Source of the DNA: Malacoraja senta
Taxonomy: Eukaryota
NCBI GenBank assembly: GCA_038087875.1
Contig: CM075998.1
Coordinates: 2,730,001-2,794,000 of the forward strand
Reading direction: 5' to 3'
DNA length: 64,000 nt
Part shown: positions 13,892 through 27,391 of the stretch, piece after piece
Layout: each line of letters begins with the position of its first letter
Numbering within the stretch: position 1 is the first letter of the stretch
The notes under the pieces: generated by a model
The model's input: the letters and a program-made list of their open reading frames with translations, nothing else
Told to the model about the DNA's origin: nothing
Database searches by the model: none
Translations under genes and position numbers: made by a program

Positions 13892-15822
13892 GTAGGCTCT
13901 TCTCAGACCAGAATGGGCAGCGGTGTATGTTTATGCGTCCTAGACGTCTCTGTGCCGGCGACCCTCTCGCGTTAGATTCCAATTTAGGCCAATTCTATCT
14001 AGCCCACCCTCTGTACCCCGATCCTCGTTCAGTATCAAGGGCACACTCTGCCCGGTTCAGTCCAGACTTGGTCGAGAGCGGGCGGACCATGATCGGGTTA
14101 ACTGGAATACAAATAAAGTACTAGGAATACTCAGCAGGTGAGGCAGTGGGCGAAACGGGATCAATGTTTCAGATTGATGACATTCCATCAGAAATGCTGA
14201 GCATTCTCGGTATGTTTTATTCTTTATGTCAGATTTTCGGCATTTTGATGCGTCGTTATAATGGGAGTCAATCAATCCAAGGCATTCTAGTCTAATCCCG
14301 TTCCATTCAAGCTCTGATCCCGTGAACAGGATTACCCTGTTCAGACCAGGTGTGGATCTAGATCTGGATCAGTAAAAGTGATGCACAACAGGATTCCCAG
14401 TCAGGAGAATGCTTCTGCTTCGCCTTATCTTAGACCGCATGAGCGTCCTATCTGAGATATGTGTGGGATGGGAGTTCAGGGAACACAGAGACAGTATGCT
14501 CATTCCACTTGAGTCTGACCAAAAGGGAAGTCTGATTTCGCATATTGTCGCAGAGTAGGCAACTGGTCCCTAATTTAAGTACTTGCTCAATGTGAAGGTT
14601 AGTTTTAATGCAGAAATCCAATTGCGAATTAGTCTGATCTGTATTTGAGGTGAAGCTATCCAGAGACACATCCTATCTTGGGCATGCCCTGGCATAAGTC
14701 AGGAGTTGCGTTTTAATAAATACAATTAGAATTAAAAGAATTAAAAGTCACCCGTTCCATCTTCAACCAGGTGACCCAGTCCGAATTGGTATCAGGGAGG
14801 TTCCCTGATGCTGGTGTAGGGGACGGGTCTGTGACTGAAAGCAGAGAGCTTTTCCTGCGTGCACAGCCGCTGAACATTCAGAGTTCGCTATTTCCAAACT
14901 GGCCGCTCTGGGCTATTTCCAAACTGGCCGCTCTGGGAACAAACACCTCCACTCGATTCTCTCGGCCGACAGGTCGACTCGGGTGAAAGTTAAGTCTCGG
15001 CCGTCACACAAGTTGGGGAGTAGAAATGCATTCCTCAGCCAGAGTCTCTGATCACCACGCATCGTTTCCTGTGCACTGGGAACTCAGGAGTCGGAACACC
15101 GTTTGGGGCTTTTAAACCCATTCCGTTCTAAAGGTTTACACCAAGTCTGACAAACTTCGCGTTTAATACTCTGTGCAGTGTTTTTGCTGCTCTAAACTCC
15201 CGCCTTCTTTGCTTCCTGCTCTTCGTCTCATTTTAGGCATGTCTGCATCTCCCCTTCTCCCTCGTCCCAAGGGTCTGGATGTCTTGGCGCGGCTTCACTT
15301 TGCCTATTTGGTTTGCCAGTGTATTTGTGCTCCCCCCCCCCCCCCCGTTTCTCCAGATCTCTGCTTAGTTCTCAGACTCTCAACCCATCCACTCTGTGTG
15401 GCGCTTGCCACGTTCCACTGCATTTATGTACGCCTCTCAACCCTTATCTCCTATCCTGGTGTGTACCGCTGTCTCAGCGGCGCTGATATATCGACGTTTC
15501 GCTCTGCGCCCTTCGCACTCACTGTCGGTCTCACCTTTCCCCTATCTACCCACCTTTTTCCTTTGCCTATCCCCTGACCCCGGCTCTACTTGTCCGCCCT
15601 TCGATTTCTGCGTCTCCTCTCCCGTCCCGTTTTAAAGTCCCCCCCCAAAGATACACACAAAATGCTGGCGTAACGCACCGGGTCAGGCAGCATCTCTGGA
15701 GCGAAGGAATAGGTGACGTTTCGGGTCGAGACCCTTCCCTTGTTTTTTTCCTAAACTTTGGCCGTTTTCTTCGTAACCCTTTACTCGTTCCTCTAACGAC
15801 CTCGTCCTTTCCCTCCCCGCAG

Positions 15823-16088
15823 GCTGCCGCGAAACGGCCTTCATTTTCGCTTTGACCAGCGCGGCGGTGACTCACTCGGTATCCCGCTCGTGTTCCGAGG
15901 GCTCCATCGAGTCGTGTACCTGCGATTACCGACGGCGGGGCCCCGGCGGACCCGACTGGCACTGGGGTGGGTGCAGTGACAACATTGACTTCGGCCGCGT
16001 CTTTGGCCGCGAGTTCGTGGATTCGAGCGAAAGGGGCAGAGACCTGCGCTATCTGACAAACCTGCACAACAACGAGGCCGGCAGACTG
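15823..16088 (+). CDS. wnt1: Wnt1 coding exon 3
   Basis: Pyrimidine tract plus cgcag acceptor; (G)[57 protein letters not shown]...LHNNEAGRL; donor gtaaca; 266 nt. Confidence 0.97.
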
Positions 16089-16674
16089 GTAACAATTACA
16101 TGACTACAATGCATGAAATGCGGATTTAGACCTCGCCAATAACAAAATAAAGGGAGTGTTGTATTACGCGATATTCATTCCAGAATTCACCAATTGTTGA
16201 CATTGATAGATCATACGTTCGTTAAGTCAAAACGCAGGCAATACAATTTGGTTTAGCACTGATTTGACCAAGGTCTTGAATTTTTATGTTCATTACAGAA
16301 AAGACCCGCGGTACAAAAGCAAAATGCCGCGGTTTGCAGAGATCTGAAATGAAAACAACACAGATACGCATAACACTCAGGGGTCGGGTAGCATCTGTGG
16401 AGAGAGAATTACAGTTATTGATTCAGGTCAATGACCTCTCAAGGAAATGAGGAGCAGTTTTACGTCGTAGAGAAGGGCGAGGGTGGAGAAAGTTGGTATC
16501 GTTTTATTCTCACATCACAAAGGCAACTCAGGTGTCAAGTCTTGCTTGGTTGGAGGGAGTGTGGAGACTAGGAAAGACTGCTCGAAACAAGTGGTGGTGA
16601 AGCAGGCTGGGCGAGGCTGGTGGAGGCTTGTTCTGTCGGGAGGGGGGGTGTACACAGAAGATGCGCGAGGGGAC

Positions 16675-16681
16675 AGAGAGG

Positions 16682-16758
<77 letters not shown>

Positions 16759-16841
16759 CAGAGACAGAGACAGAGACAGACAGAGACAGAGAGACAGAGA
16801 GTGGTAGAGAGAGAGAGAGAGAGAGGGGGAGAGAGAGAGAC

Positions 16842-16918
<77 letters not shown>

Positions 16919-16920
16919 AA
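16675..16920. repeat. (GA)n/(GT)n compound microsatellite
   Basis: Directly visible. Confidence 0.95.
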
Positions 16921-17576
16921 TCTGAAGGGAACACTTCCACTGGCGTCGTTCGCTTTTCCTCTTGGAAAGCTAATGGGAGCATCTCTTAACTGTTGCAAGC
17001 GTTGACATTGTAGTGTTACCTATTGCTATTGTCACCGAGGTTAACATTAGTCCTTGGTGATGCTGTTACTTGTATGAGGTATGCCTGCGAAATCGGGCAC
17101 AGGTTAAAATTGTTCGGTTCGCCAGTTCTGGATTCCACCTTGACCACCTACCCCGTGAGTTTAACATTGATCCCAAGACCGTCCCGTTTCAAGTAAGCTC
17201 GTACTGCGGTGAAAGCAGTGAATTGAATGACATTTCTCATGTTCATAAGTGATCGGGGTAGAATTAGACCATTCGGCCCATCAGTTCTACCCCGCCATTC
17301 AATCATGGCTGGTCTATCTCCCTCCTAACCCTGCTCGAAAGCAGTAAGTCACTCAGCAGGCAATTCAGCTGCAGATGGTCAAGCAACAAAAAAAATTTTC
17401 GAAATGCCCGTGTCCATTTAAAAATAATTTGTGAAAGGCATAAACTAGGGAGGAAGTCAGCGGGGCAGGCAGCATCTGTGGAAGGAATGGAGATTTTCGG
17501 GTCAGGGCATTCTTCGTTTTTTTACTCAAGATTCCAGCTTCTGCGGTTTCTTGCGCCTCCGTTTTACTGTGTGGTT

Positions 17577-18024
17577 CATAGAAACATAGAACATAGATGC
17601 AGGAGGAGGCCATTCGGCCCTTCGAGCCAGCACCGCCATTCATTGTGATCATGGCTGATCGTCCCCAATCAATAACCCGTGCCTGCCTTCTCCCCATATC
17701 CCTTGATTCCACTAGCCCCAAGAGTTCTATCTAACTCTCTCTTAAATCCATCCAGTGAACTGGCCTCCACTGTCCTCTGTGGCAGGAAATTCCACAAATT
17801 CACAACTCTCTGGGTGAAAACGTTTTTTTCTCACCTCAGTCTTAAATGGCCTCCCCTTTATTCTAAGACTGTGGCCCCTGGTTCTGGACTCGCCCAACAT
17901 TGGGAACATTTTTCCTGCATCTAGCTTGTCCAGTCCTTTTATAATTTTATATGTTTCTGTAAGATCCCCCCTCATCCTTCTAAACTCCAGTGAATACAAG
18001 CCTAGTCTTTTCAATCTTTCCTCG
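17577..18024 (-). mobile_element. CR1-clade (HER1-like) LINE 3' end
   Basis: ERLKRLGLYSLEFRRMRGDLTETYKIIKGLDKLDAGKMFPMLGESRTRGHSLRIKG, with a (ctatgttt)n-type tail. Related fragments at ~19518-19770, 21400-21760, 41090-41450, 43700-44120, 44824-45121, 48148-48510, 50720-51018, 52865-53255, 56130-56495, 58121-58322, 62900-63270. Confidence 0.9.
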
Positions 18025-20659
18025 TTCCTGCTGCTCTCTTGCTGAAGATGTCTGAAGAAGGGTCCCGGCCCGAAACGCCATCTGCCCGTTCCTTCCACAG
18101 ATGCTGCCTGTCCCGCTGAGTTCCTCCAGCATTTTGGCTTGTATGCTCAAGGTTCCAGCATCTGCACTTTCATACGTCTCCAAACAAATCCTGACCGTTG
18201 TCGTCTGAAAACCAGCACTGAAATGATCTTCAACGAGCACACCGAGAGTAGGAGAGGAGAATACAGAATTCACCTTGAAGAATAGGCAAATAGGGGAAAG
18301 GAAGGAAGAAGGGTGCCTGAAAGATTATAAGTAATAACATGCAAAGGCAGCAACATGGTTTGCAAACGGAAACAAGCAAACACGTGTAAAAACGGCGCAA
18401 AATGGAGTTTGAAGCTAACAGCTCGCAGAACACAAAAAATGCACAACTGTGCTGCAAAAATAACTCGGCTGCCAAAAAAACAAATGCGCAAAATGAGGAG
18501 GAGTCTTAAAAAAAGAAAAAAAAAACTAAACTGGTCATAAATGCGGAGAATGATCCCAGCGAATGATAACAGCAGGAGGATGCAAATAGGTTGAAATAGA
18601 ACTCAAGAAATATGAAAAGAAATGTGTCTCCATGAGTAAGAGGGAAAGTAAATGCAACACATGTAGAGCATAGAGCAGTGCAGCACAGGAACAGGCCCTT
18701 CGGCCCACAAGTTCCGTACTGAACATGATGCCAAATTAAACTAATCTCCGTAATCCATATCCCTCCAAATTTCATGTCCTTGACTTGATACAACGGCGGA
18801 TAAAAGAGGTTGTCTCCGAGGACAAACAAGGACAAATAAACAGGTCACCACAGGTTAAAGAGGACAAAACAAACAGGTCACAATAGAGGCTGAAAAGAAA
18901 ACAAAAGCGAACTGGCCACATTAGAAGTTGAAAGGGGGGTGAATGAACAAGTCGCAAATCAGAGCAAACGGAAAATAAACAGGTCACCGCGAAGGTTAAT
19001 GAAGGGGGAGCAAAATGTCCAAATGGAACTTAACGAGAAGAAAACAGTTCACAAATGGGGTTAAAAGTGGAGAGGGTGAGCATGTGAAAGATCTTAGGAG
19101 AGGAGAAAATGAGTGGTCACAAAGGTGGTTAAGGAGAGGAAATGAAAGAATATACAAATGAGGTTATGTGAGGAAAACATTTAAGAATACAGCTGGGTTT
19201 AAAAGGAGAAAGTAGACAGACCAGCAGAGCGGTAAAGAAAAGAGAAACCAGATCGTGATAGCGAAAGGGGTCGCAAGAGCGACCCAGGGGACAGTCAACA
19301 GAGAACAATGGCGGTTTAAAGAGGGGAAAGGAAAATCAGGCCACGCCAGTTAAAAGAGGAGATAGTCGGACATAGTGGATACAGAAACGAGATACAGGCT
19401 AAACAGGTTATACACAGCGGGACAGGCAGCATCTCTGGAGAGAAGGAATGGATGACGTTTCGGGTCGAGACCCTTCTTCAGACTGGTCGTTTCCCTTATC
19501 CCTAACCAGTCTGAAACAGAGAAACATAGAAACATAGAAAATAGGTGCAGAGTAGGCCATTCGGCCCTTCGAGCCTGCACCGCCATTCAATATGATCATG
19601 GCTGATCATCCAACTCAGTATCCTGTACCTGCCTTCTCTCCATACCCCCTGATCCCTTTAGCCACAAGGGCCACATCTAACTCCCTCTTAAATATAGCCA
19701 ATTAACTGGCCTCAACTACTTCTGTGGCAGAGAACTGCACAGATTCACCACTCTCTGTGTGAATTTTTTTGAAGGGTCTCGACCCGTAAACGTCACCCAT
19801 TCCTTCTCTCCAGAAATGCTGCCTGTTCCGCTGAGTTACTCCAACATTTTGTGTCTATCTTCGGTTTAAACCAGCATCTGCACTTCCTTATTTCACACTA
19901 AACCAGGTTATAAATGAGTTTAACAGATGAGGAAGTCAATTGCTTATAATAGAGTTTAAACCAGGAGAAAGTACAATGGAGGCTCGAGGGAATTAAACGA
20001 AGCAATCACAAGAGAGGTTAAGGAGGAGAAAACAAAAACGTCACAATTGAGGTTAAGAGGGAGGACTTCTGACGGGTCACAGTAGATGTTATAGGAAGGT
20101 CAATGGGCCACAGCGGCGCTTAAAGAGGGAGAAAACCAACTCGCAAGTGACGCTCGAACCAGCGAAAGTAAACGTGTGCGGACGTGGCGCCGACGGACGA
20201 GAGACCGAAGCAAGAAGTCGAAGCCAAAGAACGATGGACAGGAGGCCGAAACGCCAATAAACCGAAAGATTACGAAGACGAAACGCCTGTCGGCGCCACG
20301 TCCGGGTACCAAAGTAAAACATGTCAGGTTACACGTTAAAAGTAAACAGGTCGGGGAGAGCTCAAAAGTGAGGGTGCTAACTGTCTGGTAGTGACCTAGG
20401 TGATCCAGTGGGGCTGGCGGTGAAGTCGACCAATGCCTCATTTCTTGCTCTCTCGCGGTGAAGCGTGTATTCCGCGGAATAGACAAATTCAGAAGATAAA
20501 CCAAGCGCAAAATCGAAGAATAGTACAACAGAGAAGGAGGCCGTACTAGCTCACTTGGGTGCATACTAGCTCCCTTGGCAGCCGTCCAACACCCCCGTTT
20601 TTCTTCTCGTTTCCCCACCGCTCCATCTTAATTTCTCACATATCCATTTGATACTTTTT

Positions 20660-20943
<284 letters not shown>

Positions 20944-22890
20944 GTTTTGTTTAGTGAAATAGAACCGTTCGCAAAGTCGTAAATGCGGCCGCGAAGCGAG
21001 TTCCCACATTGCAAAAGATGCCCGCAAGCCCGCAGACGCCGGTAAATCCATCCCGCCGGTATCCCAGACGCTCGTTCGTATGTGTGGATTGTAAGTGGAG
21101 CGTTGACACGATGGGGAGGGACCTCTTTTGGAGGGGCTGTGGGTGGAGTAAATCTCTGTCCCGGAGAGAGAACAAGAAATTATTTCCATGCTGTAGCTTG
21201 CAATCAACCCTTCAAAACAAAGAAAAATGCTGCTCCTTTCATGGCAAGGTGTTAAGCTCCTAGAGCAACCAGAACATAGGCTTTGCCTTCTTGAAGACAT
21301 GTTATACATTGCCATCTGTTTCTTCATTTGATGTCTCTTGTTTATAACCTTGCGCTGGTGCATGTGTGTTTGTCCAGAAAGCTGACTCAATGTTATAAGG
21401 TCATAAGGAGCAGGAGTAGAAGTAGGCCATTCAGCCCATCAAGCTTACTATACCATTCAATCATGGCTGATCTATCTCTCCCTCCCAACCCCATTCTCTT
21501 GCCTTCACCCATAGCCTCTGACATGTACTAGTCAAGAATCTATCTATCTCTGCCAGTAAAATATCCACTGACTTGGCCGCCACAGCCTTCTGTGGCAAAG
21601 AATTCAACAGATTCACCACCCTCTGACTAAAGAAATGTCTCCTCATCTCCTTCCTAAAAGAACATCTATTTATTCTGAGCCTATGACTCACTAGTGGAAA
21701 CATCCTCTCCACATCCACTCTATCCAAGCCTTTCACTATTCTGTATGTTTCAATGAGGCCCCCCTAGATTTGTAAATTATTCAGATTAGTAAAGCAGCAA
21801 CAAGTGACAGACATGTGGAGACACATGGATTAAAAGTAGCAAAACCAATGGTGAAAGATAAAGACAAAATGGAGGCAGACTCACCCCACAAGTGAAAGAA
21901 TGCCATATAATGAAATTGTTCCAAATAATGTTACTGGCCATTATCTTTGTTGCCGTCATGCTTTCTGCACTCCAAAGATGTATTGTTAGCAATAAGGGCT
22001 CCGTTGGATGATTCTAATCTTCTATTGCAATTTTACTGAGAGATCAGAGAAGTATCCTGGAGATAACAGCACAGTGGGTCATTTTGCCTCCCTGTCTGGG
22101 AGTTGTGATGATCTTTCACTGACATTACCACGAGAGATTAGGCAAATCTGTGTGGAAAATCATGCCCCAGTCCAAAGGACAATAAAAAATTAACTTAAAA
22201 TACACAAGTTACAAGCAAGGCGATTTGGCCTTGCACCCAAGGTATGCTCTGTTCAAAATCCTCCCCAAACATTCACATGAATATTCATAGAACAGAGAAC
22301 ATGGACCAGTACAGAACAGGCCCTTCGGCCCACAACGTCTGTTCCAAACATGATGCCAAGACATCTCCATATCCCTCCATTCCCTGCATGTCTATGTACC
22401 TCTTAAACGCCACTATCACACCTGCCTCAACCACCACCCGCAGCAGCGCGTTCCAGGCACTCACCAGCCTCTGTATAAAGAAATCTTGCCCCGCACATCT
22501 CCTTTAAACTTTGCCCCTCTCACCTTAAAGCTATTTATTTAATCAATATTTGATATTAACAGAATTATAGAATAGAATAGAATAGAATACTTTATTCACA
22601 CAGGTGCCAGGTCATAATGAAACTATTTGCTTGCATACCTTGCCAAGGTACATGAACAGGAAAACACAGGCAGGTGGGACTACTATGAATAGGGCATCTT
22701 GGTCGGGATGAGCCAGTTGGGCCGAAGGGCCTGTTTCCATGCTGTGTGACTCCATGGCTCTAAGACTCGAGCTGTGGAGGTGAGGTTACTGAGAGAGTTC
22801 GAATGACAGTGGAGTTAGCATTTATGGGGAACAGGCCCTTCGGCCCAACTGGCTCATGTTCCCCCTTTGTTCGTACCCCTTCCCACCTCC

Positions 22891-23196
22891 CTCACGGTGG
22901 TCCCCCCACGCCGGGTCCCCATTGTCCATTGTTCCCCCCCCCACTCACGGTGGTCCCCCCACGCCGGGTCCCCATTGTCCATTGTCCCCCCCCCCCACTC
23001 ACGGTGGTCCCCCCACGCCAGGTCCCCATTGTCCATTGTTCCCCCCCCCCACTCATGGTGGTCCCCCCACGCCGGGTCCCCATTGTCCATTGTTCTCCCC
23101 CCCCCACTCACGGTGGTCCCCCCACGCTGGGTCCCCATTGTCCATTGTTCTCCCCCCCCCCCCCCACTCATGGTGGTCCCCCTCGCCGGGTCCCCG
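22891..23196. repeat. C-rich minisatellite, ~5.6 units of 53-60 bp
   Basis: Unit ctcacggtggtccccccacgccgggtccccattgtccattgttc(c)n starts at 22891, 22944, 22998, 23052, 23107 and 23167. Confidence 0.93.
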
Positions 23197-24447
23197 TTAT
23201 CACTCTAGATCTATAAAGAAATGTACTTGTTTTCTGAACCACACTCGAACATCATGCGAATACAGATATGAAGATGCGAAATAGGAACTGAAGTGGGCCA
23301 CATGGTCCTTTGAACCTGCGTTGCTTGTCAAAAAGATCACGGCTGATCCGATTCCTGGTCTCAATTCCATTTCCCAGCTTGTTCCCCATAAATGCTAATT
23401 GCACTGTCGTTCGAACTCTCTCAGTAACCTCACCTCCACAGCTCGAGTCTTAGAACCATGGAGTCACACAGCATGGAAACAGGCCCTTCGGCCCAACTGG
23501 CTCATGCCGACCAAGATGCCCTATCCATAGTAGTCCCACCTGCCTGCGTTTGGCCCATATCCCTCTAAATTTTTCCTGTTCATGTACCTGTGCAAATGCA
23601 TTGTTAAATGTTGTTATAGTACCAACATCTCTGGGGAAATCCTTTAAGAGAAGAAATGCTTCCTCTTTTGGGTTAAATGGGCAAATCCTTATACTTTAAT
23701 GTGTTTTGGCTGGTAACATATTTGTTCAGTAATTTGAAATATAGAGTATTAAATAGGGCTTAGGTTTGTTAATGTCACATGGACCGAGGTACAGTGAAAA
23801 GCTTTGTTCTGCATGCAATCCAAACAGCAGATATACTATACATAAATACAATCACTTCAAAATCAAGTACAGTAGGTAGAGCAAAAAGGAAGATACAGAA
23901 TGCAGAATATAGTTCTCAGCATAGGAACGCACCAGTTCCATGGGCAAAGACCAACCTCCACAATGGGGTAGAGGTGAATCGGACAGTCCCCAAGCTTATG
24001 GAAGGACCGTTCAGAAACCTGATTACAGACAGGAAGAATATATAAATATAGGGATGTTGGAGTGATTAAATTTTGAGACCAGTGTCCAAAGACGTGAACT
24101 ATTGATCTTGTGACACAAGTTCTGGGGAACTTAAGTTCAAGTACATAATTAGATACATCTGGAAGAAAAAGCCAGCATCAGAAAGCATAACTAGGCAACT
24201 GCTAGATTGTTATAAAAATCTACTTGGTGTAATGATGTCTTTCGGAGAAGAAAATCTACTATGGGAACTTGGTCTGGCCTATCCGTGCCCCCCATACCTT
24301 GTGAAAGGAATGGTGGTGACTCCCTTAATCCCAATACTGTAGTTTGCACCATAAACTCTAATGTTTTTGGTGGGATTTTGAACATAGAATAACTGAAGGG
24401 TCTGGCCAAATCACGTCGTTTAAATAGAGGCCGACACAGTGTTAACA

Positions 24448-24772
24448 GTTGTAGTTTTAGAGATGCAGCATGGAAACAGGCCCTTCGGCCCACTGGGTCC
24501 ATGTTGACCAACGATCACCCATACACTAGTTCTATGTTATCCCACTTTTTGTATCCTACACACTAGGAGCAATTTAAAGAAGCCAATTAACCTATAAACC
24601 TGCGCGTCTTTGGAACGTGAGAGGAAACCGGAGCACCTGGAGAAAACCCACAGGGAGACAGGGTCACAGAGGGACGTACAAACTCCACACAGACAGCACC
24701 CATGGTCAGGATTGAACCCGGGTCTCTGGCGCTGTGAGGCAGCAGCTCTACTGCCGTGCCACCATGCTGCCC
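24448..24772 (-). mobile_element. Full-length tRNA-derived SINE (HE1/V-SINE-like)
   Basis: tRNA-like head with A/B boxes (tggcacggcagtagagc...gggttcaatcc), conserved core, and LINE-type tail gggccgaagggcctgtttcc. Other copies at ~31361-31745(+), 35858-36169(-), 38057-38346(-), 38399-38650(+), 53802-54142(+), 55633-55816(+), 57363-57510(+). Confidence 0.88.
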
Positions 24773-26901
24773 ATTCACTTCCTATGAAAGAGCACAATCA
24801 ATATTTAGCAGAATTATGAAACTTACACACGCAGCTACCTTCGCCATGTACAATACTGCTGCAAGTTTCCACCTGCTCCTGGAGGTGTGATAGCATTTTC
24901 AGAGTAATTGAATCAACACAGCAGGGAGGGAGGTGGCATTCAACCCATCAAAGCCCTGCTAGCTCTCTGCTGACTCTGTACCTTCTTCCCCCTCCAGCTC
25001 CCCTTTAAACACAGTGATTGTATCTGCTTTTGCTGAACTATCTGGCAAGTTTCTACTTGTTTCATTGTTTTTTTTCACCCCGGGATTTTCACCTTTGGTT
25101 CTTGACCCTTCGGTCAATGGAAATAGTTCATCTTTATTCATTTTCTCCAGCCCCTGGACAGATTTTGAATATTGCCCACTGTGTATAAACCTCCAAAGCT
25201 GCACCTTAGGCTCTACACCCTTCCACTTGTGGCCAAGACACCAGAATGATGTTTTTGATGATTGATGACAAGGACAGCCAAGAAGGTCTATAGGTGAAGA
25301 TAGACACAAAATGCTGGAGTAACTCAGCGGGACAGGCAGCATCTCTGGACAGAAGGATTGGATGACGTTTCGGGTCGAGACCCTTCTTCAGACGGTCATT
25401 CTGAAGTACTGTCCCGACCTGCAACGTCGCCTGTCCATTCCCTCTGCAGATGCTGCCTTAACCGCCGAGTTCCTCCAGCGCTTGGTGTTTTGCTCAATTC
25501 TAGGTCTTGCCGTTTGAGATTCAAGCTGGAGAAGTCTGAGTTTTTTCTTGTCTCCCTTGTCAGAGAGTTTATTAACTGGTGAACATAGATTTAAAGATTA
25601 GAAGAGATTTGATGGGAAAAAAAGATCTGTTTGAGACAGTGGAGGTTTTGGAACCCATTGCCAGACAGGGAAGGGAAAGCAGAACCTCTCTCGTCACATT
25701 TAAAAGATATCGGGATGAACACATCAAGAACTGTAATCTACGGGATCAGGAGTCTGAGAGGGGATTCACCTCATTTGATCCCTTTTTGAAGCAGAGCTCC
25801 TGTTGGATCATAAACGTTATGGTTCCATAGTGAAGATGCGTCTAATCCACCTTGAGTATTACGCATGTGAAAATGTGGCCACGAGTTGCTATCTCAAAGC
25901 ACGATTAGAAACGTTACTGTCATACCCACAAATCGTTGCCCCGGGATTTAACTGATTAAATATTTAACTGATTAAAGAAGAAAGGGTTGTGTAGTAAAGA
26001 GTGCCTACGAGAAATAAATTAGAAACAGCAATCAAGCAAATATTGATTAGCAATTCTGTTGCTTTTTCAATTATTCATATTTAACATTTCAACAAACAAG
26101 CAATCAACAGAAATGCAATCTTATGTTTTTTCCCTCTTTTCCAAATCTACCATTTACAAACCATTAAGTCACTTCAAAGAGTTTTTTTATTTTTAAAGTC
26201 ACTATTTTCTATGCGCTCCAGTGAGTGAATACAGGTTAACACACACCACATGTGCACACACTCAGACGCACGGACACACACATGTGCACACACACAGAGG
26301 GACGGACACACACAAATGTGCACACACACAAACGCGCACACACACACACGTACACACACACACACACGCGCACATACACAGGCACATATATAGACGCAGA
26401 CACCTCCTCCTACCCTGCCTCTTGCAAAAACACCTATCAGTCTGAAGAAGGGTCCCAAGCCGAAACATCGCCTGTCCACACCCCCCCCCCCCCACACACA
26501 CACACACACACACACACACGACGCTGCTGGCCCATCGAGATCCTCCAGCACTTTGTGAAGGTTCCAGCATCTGCAGTTCATCGAGTTTCCACTTGTGCTC
26601 CCATACTCTGTCTGAGTTTGAGTTTGAGTTGAGTTTATTGTCACGCATACTGGAGTACAGCGAAAAGCTTTTGTTGTGTGCTAACCAGTCCTCGGAAAGA
26701 CAATACATGATTACGATCGAGCCATCCACTGTGTACAGATACAGGATAAAGTGAATAGCGTTTAGCGCAAGAGTCCGATCAAAGACAGTCAGAGGGTCTC
26801 CAATGAGGTTGGTCGAAGTTCAGGACTGCTCGCTAGTTGTTGGTTCATTAATGGTCCAGGGAAGATCAATATTTACTGATTGGTATTTATCAATTTCACA
26901 G

Positions 26902-27391
26902 ACAGTCCATGCCGAGATGAGACAGGAGTGCAAGTGCCACGGAATGTCTGGCTCCTGCACGGTAAAAACCTGTTGGATGCGGCTCCCTGCCTTTCGGACA
27001 GTGGGGAACTTGCTAAAAGATCGGTTTGACGGAGCGTCCCGTGTGATCTACAACAACAAAGGCAGTAACCGCGCCTCCCGGGCAGACGTGCGGCACCTGG
27101 AGCCCGAGAACCCCGCACACAAGCCGCATTCTCCCCAAGACCTGGTCTACTTCGAGAAGTCGCCCAACTTCTGCGCGGCAAACAGCAAAATGGGCACCAC
27201 CGGCACCGCGGGCCGTGCGTGCAATAGCACCTCGCTGGGCCTGGACGGCTGCGACCTGCTGTGCTGCGGCAGGGGGATTCCGTACCTTGACCCAGCGGGT
27301 CACCGAGAGATGCCACTGCACTTTCCACTGGTGCTGCCACGTTAGCTGCCTGAACTGTACCACCACACAAACTCTACACGAGTGCCTTTGA
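26902..27391 (+). CDS. wnt1: Wnt1 coding exon 4 (apparent +1 frameshift at G run 27272-27276)
   Basis: Acceptor ttcacag; [29 protein letters not shown]...[11 protein letters not shown]. Removing one G restores [37 protein letters not shown] (TGA 27389-27391). The corrected spliced CDS is 1101 nt, 366 aa. Confidence 0.95.

Noticed and set aside
13507..14124. 205-aa single-exon ORF as the wnt1 start
   Set aside because: Only 13638-13891 is Wnt-like. The flanks are intronic, and the real signal-peptide exon is 13361-13452.
26902..27391. Calling wnt1 a pseudogene
   Set aside because: There is only one lesion, in a homopolymer, while all splice sites and cysteines are intact on both sides. An assembly error is more parsimonious.
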